A stretch of DNA of 53,764 nt from Pyrinomonadaceae bacterium (GTDB taxonomy: Bacteria > Acidobacteriota > Blastocatellia > Pyrinomonadales > Pyrinomonadaceae): contig JAICGQ010000001.1 in assembly GCA_025923035.1 (NCBI GenBank), positions 1-53,764 on the forward strand. Direction: 5' to 3'. Under the pieces are notes generated by a model. It saw only the letters and a program-made list of their open reading frames with translations, ran no database searches and was not told where the DNA came from. Of the stretch, positions 51,864-53,764 are shown piece after piece (position 1 is the first letter of the stretch; the number at the start of each line of letters is the position of its first letter). Both the position numbers and the translations under genes were made by a program.

Positions 51864-53764
51864 GTGCCCTCGTCGCAAACTGCCCGTCGTGCGGCGGGCC
51901 GATTCAATTCAAGAGCGGCCAATCGATCGTCGTGATCTGCGAATACTGCCATTCGGCAGTCGCGCGCACGGATCGCGACCTGAAAGATCTCGGCAAAGTC
52001 GCGGAACTGGTCGAGACCGGATCGCCGCTCGACGTCGGCCTTCGCGGTAAATGGAAAGACATCAATTTCGAACTGACTGGCCGCGCGCAACTCGGTCACG
52101 AGATGGGCGGCCAGTGGGACGAGTGGTACGCGACGTTTTCAAACGGCTGGCTCGGCTGGCTCGCCGAAGCGCAGGGCCGCTTCTATCTCACGTTTCAGTA
52201 TCCGATTCCGGAAGGCGCGCAAGTTCCGCAGTTCGATCAGCTTCAACTCGGACAAAGCGTTCCCGGCCTTCCCTGGCCCACGCCGCTGATCGTCGCCGAA
52301 ACCGGACGCGCGACCGCGCGCGGCGCGAAAGGCGAGATTCCTTACCTGCTGACGCCCGGTGAAACGTACTACTACGCCGATCTTTCCGGCGTGAACGGCG
52401 CGTTCGGCACACTCGACTACAACCAATCACCGCCGCTGGTCTTCCTGGGCCAACAAGTCACGCTGGCGGAACTCGGAATCACCACCACACGTGCGCCCGA
52501 ACGTGAAGAGCGTCGCGTCGGCGCCGCGCAGGTGAGTTGTCCAAACTGCGCGGGACCGCTCGAACTCCGCGCGCCCGACAAAACAGAACGCGTTACCTGT
52601 CCGAACTGCAGTTCGTTACTCGACGTCAACCAGGGGCAGCTTCAATTTCTCAAAGCACTCGCAAAGCCGCGAGTGGAACCGCTCATTCCCATCGGCACAA
52701 CCGGCGACACGCCCGAAGGCCAGATGACGGTGATCGGAATGATGGAGCGCAGCGTGACGATCGACGGCATCCAGTACTTCTGGAGTGAGTACCTGCTCTA
52801 CAACCCGCAGATCGGTTTTCGCTGGTTGGTCCATAGCGACTATCACTGGAACTACGTGCAGGCTGTTCCCCCGGGTGAGGTCGACGAAGCAGGAAAGTAC
52901 GCCGGCTTTCGTGGCTCGAAATACAAGATCTTTCAGGACGCGCAGGCGAAAGTCGAAACTGTGCTCGGTGAGTTTTACTGGCGCGTTGAAGCCGGCGAGC
53001 AGGTGCGGGGCGTCGATTACGTCGCGCCGCCTTACATGCTTTCCAAAGAAGTATCGACTGTCTACGTCAGCGACCCGAACAATCCGGAGAAAACGCGACG
53101 CGCCACCGGCGAGATCAACTGGTCACTCGGAACGTATGTGCCGGTACAGCAGATCGAAAAAGCTTTCAATGTGACGGGACTGCCGCGTCCTTCGGGCATT
53201 GCGCCGAATCAACCTTACAAACATAAGTGGATTTACAAGTACTGGGTTCTGTTCATCGGCGTCCTGCTTTTGCTGGGCCTGCTCATGTTCGCTGTTTTCG
53301 GATCGGAGAAGGAAGTTTTCAAACAAACAGTGACGCTCGATGCGTTGCAGAATGCTGACGCCACCTCGGTCTTCTTCAGTGAGCCTTTCGAGTTAGCGGG
53401 CCGGCGAAACATTCGCATCATCGGCGAGTCGCCGGTGCAGAACACGTGGGTTTATCTCGAAGGCGATCTGATTAACGACGAAACCGGCGTGGTCCAGTCG
53501 TTTCCGATCGACATTTCTTATTACTCGGGAGTCGAAGACGGCGAGTCGTGGAGCGAAGGCGACCGCACTGATTCGGCGTACACGTCGGCGATGCCGGGCG
53601 GACGATACGTGCTGCGTCTCGAGGGACAGTGGGAGAAGTGGCAGGAGCCGGCGGTAGTTTCGCTCACGATCCAGCAAAACGTGACCCACGGGTTCAACTG
53701 GCTGCTCGCGCTGATCGCTATTTCGATTGGACCAATCGTGATGGGCATCTATCACATCAGTTTC
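51860..53764 (+). CDS. DUF4178-like zinc-ribbon/membrane protein (3' end outside window); absent from the ORF track
   Basis: Hand-translated: 635 codons without a stop, from an ATG that overlaps the upstream stop (ATGA). Two CPxC...CxxC ribbon-plus-beta modules and two TM helices (WVLFIGVLLLLGLLMFAVF, WLLALIAISIGPIVMGIY). Confidence 0.7.
   Translation, partial: MSALVANCPSCGGPIQFKSGQSIVVICEYCHSAVARTDRDLKDLGKVAELVETGSPLDVGLRGKWKDINFELTGRAQLGHEMGGQWDEWYATFSNGWLGWLAEAQGRFYLTFQYPIPEGAQVPQFDQLQLGQSVPGLPWPTPLIVAETGRATARGAKGEIPYLLTPGETYYYADLSGVNGAFGTLDYNQSPPLVFLGQQVTLAELGITTTRAPEREERRVGAAQVSCPNCAGPLELRAPDKTERVTCPNCSSLLDVNQGQLQFLKALAKPRVEPLIPIGTTGDTPEGQMTVIGMMERSVTIDGIQYFWSEYLLYNPQIGFRWLVHSDYHWNYVQAVPPGEVDEAGKYAGFRGSKYKIFQDAQAKVETVLGEFYWRVEAGEQVRGVDYVAPPYMLSKEVSTVYVSDPNNPEKTRRATGEINWSLGTYVPVQQIEKAFNVTGLPRPSGIAPNQPYKHKWIYKYWVLFIGVLLLLGLLMFAVFGSEKEVFKQTVTLDALQNADATSVFFSEPFELAGRRNIRIIGESPVQNTWVYLEGDLINDETGVVQSFPIDISYYSGVEDGESWSEGDRTDSAYTSAMPGGRYVLRLEGQWEKWQEPAVVSLTIQQNVTHGFNWLLALIAISIGPIVMGIYHISF

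Noticed and set aside
1-53764. CRISPR arrays, tRNA/rRNA genes, insertion sequences, integrases and prophage structural genes.
   Set aside because: None were found while reading both strands. The only repeats are short palindromes and the heptamer inverted repeat. The XRE/ImmA pair alone is not sufficient to call a mobile element.

Overview
This 53.8-kb, roughly 58% GC window is densely coded. Its gene content looks Acidobacteriota-like (inference only), for example TonB-dependent receptors with carboxypeptidase-regulatory-like N-termini. I saw no rRNA, tRNA, CRISPR array, transposase or integrase. The main feature, at about 13.9-33 kb, is a lasso-peptide (RiPP) locus with an atypical layout. 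It encodes an ABC exporter, an asparagine-synthetase-like cyclase, a fused RRE/leader-peptidase (B1-B2), and a second cyclase. These are followed by two small paralogous precursor genes (44 and 45 aa) that fall below the ORF-track size cutoff. Facing this operon convergently are an S9 prolyl-oligopeptidase-family beta-propeller peptidase (isopeptidase-like), a TonB-dependent receptor, and a 1032-aa single-chain ECF sigma/anti-sigma protein. The locus is flanked by XRE-HTH proteins with degenerate LexA/S24-like domains, and a conserved palindrome occurs three times in front of the exporter and cyclase genes. Other notable items are listed below.
- A membrane-anchored peroxiredoxin-like gene has an in-frame TGA exactly at the catalytic Cys position (W-U-P-S-C), followed by a hairpin, making it a candidate selenoprotein.
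- A Hanks-type Ser/Thr kinase is fused to a complete UvrD-like helicase.
- Tandem Ku paralogs are co-transcribed with a small 4xCxxC zinc-ribbon protein, and one Ku lacks a canonical start codon.
- An AdoMetDC gene is translationally coupled to a 635-codon DUF4178-like ORF that runs off the right edge and is missing from the ORF track.
- A YCII/ECF-sigma/DoxX/VOC stress-type island is present.
- Several structured intergenic repeats occur.
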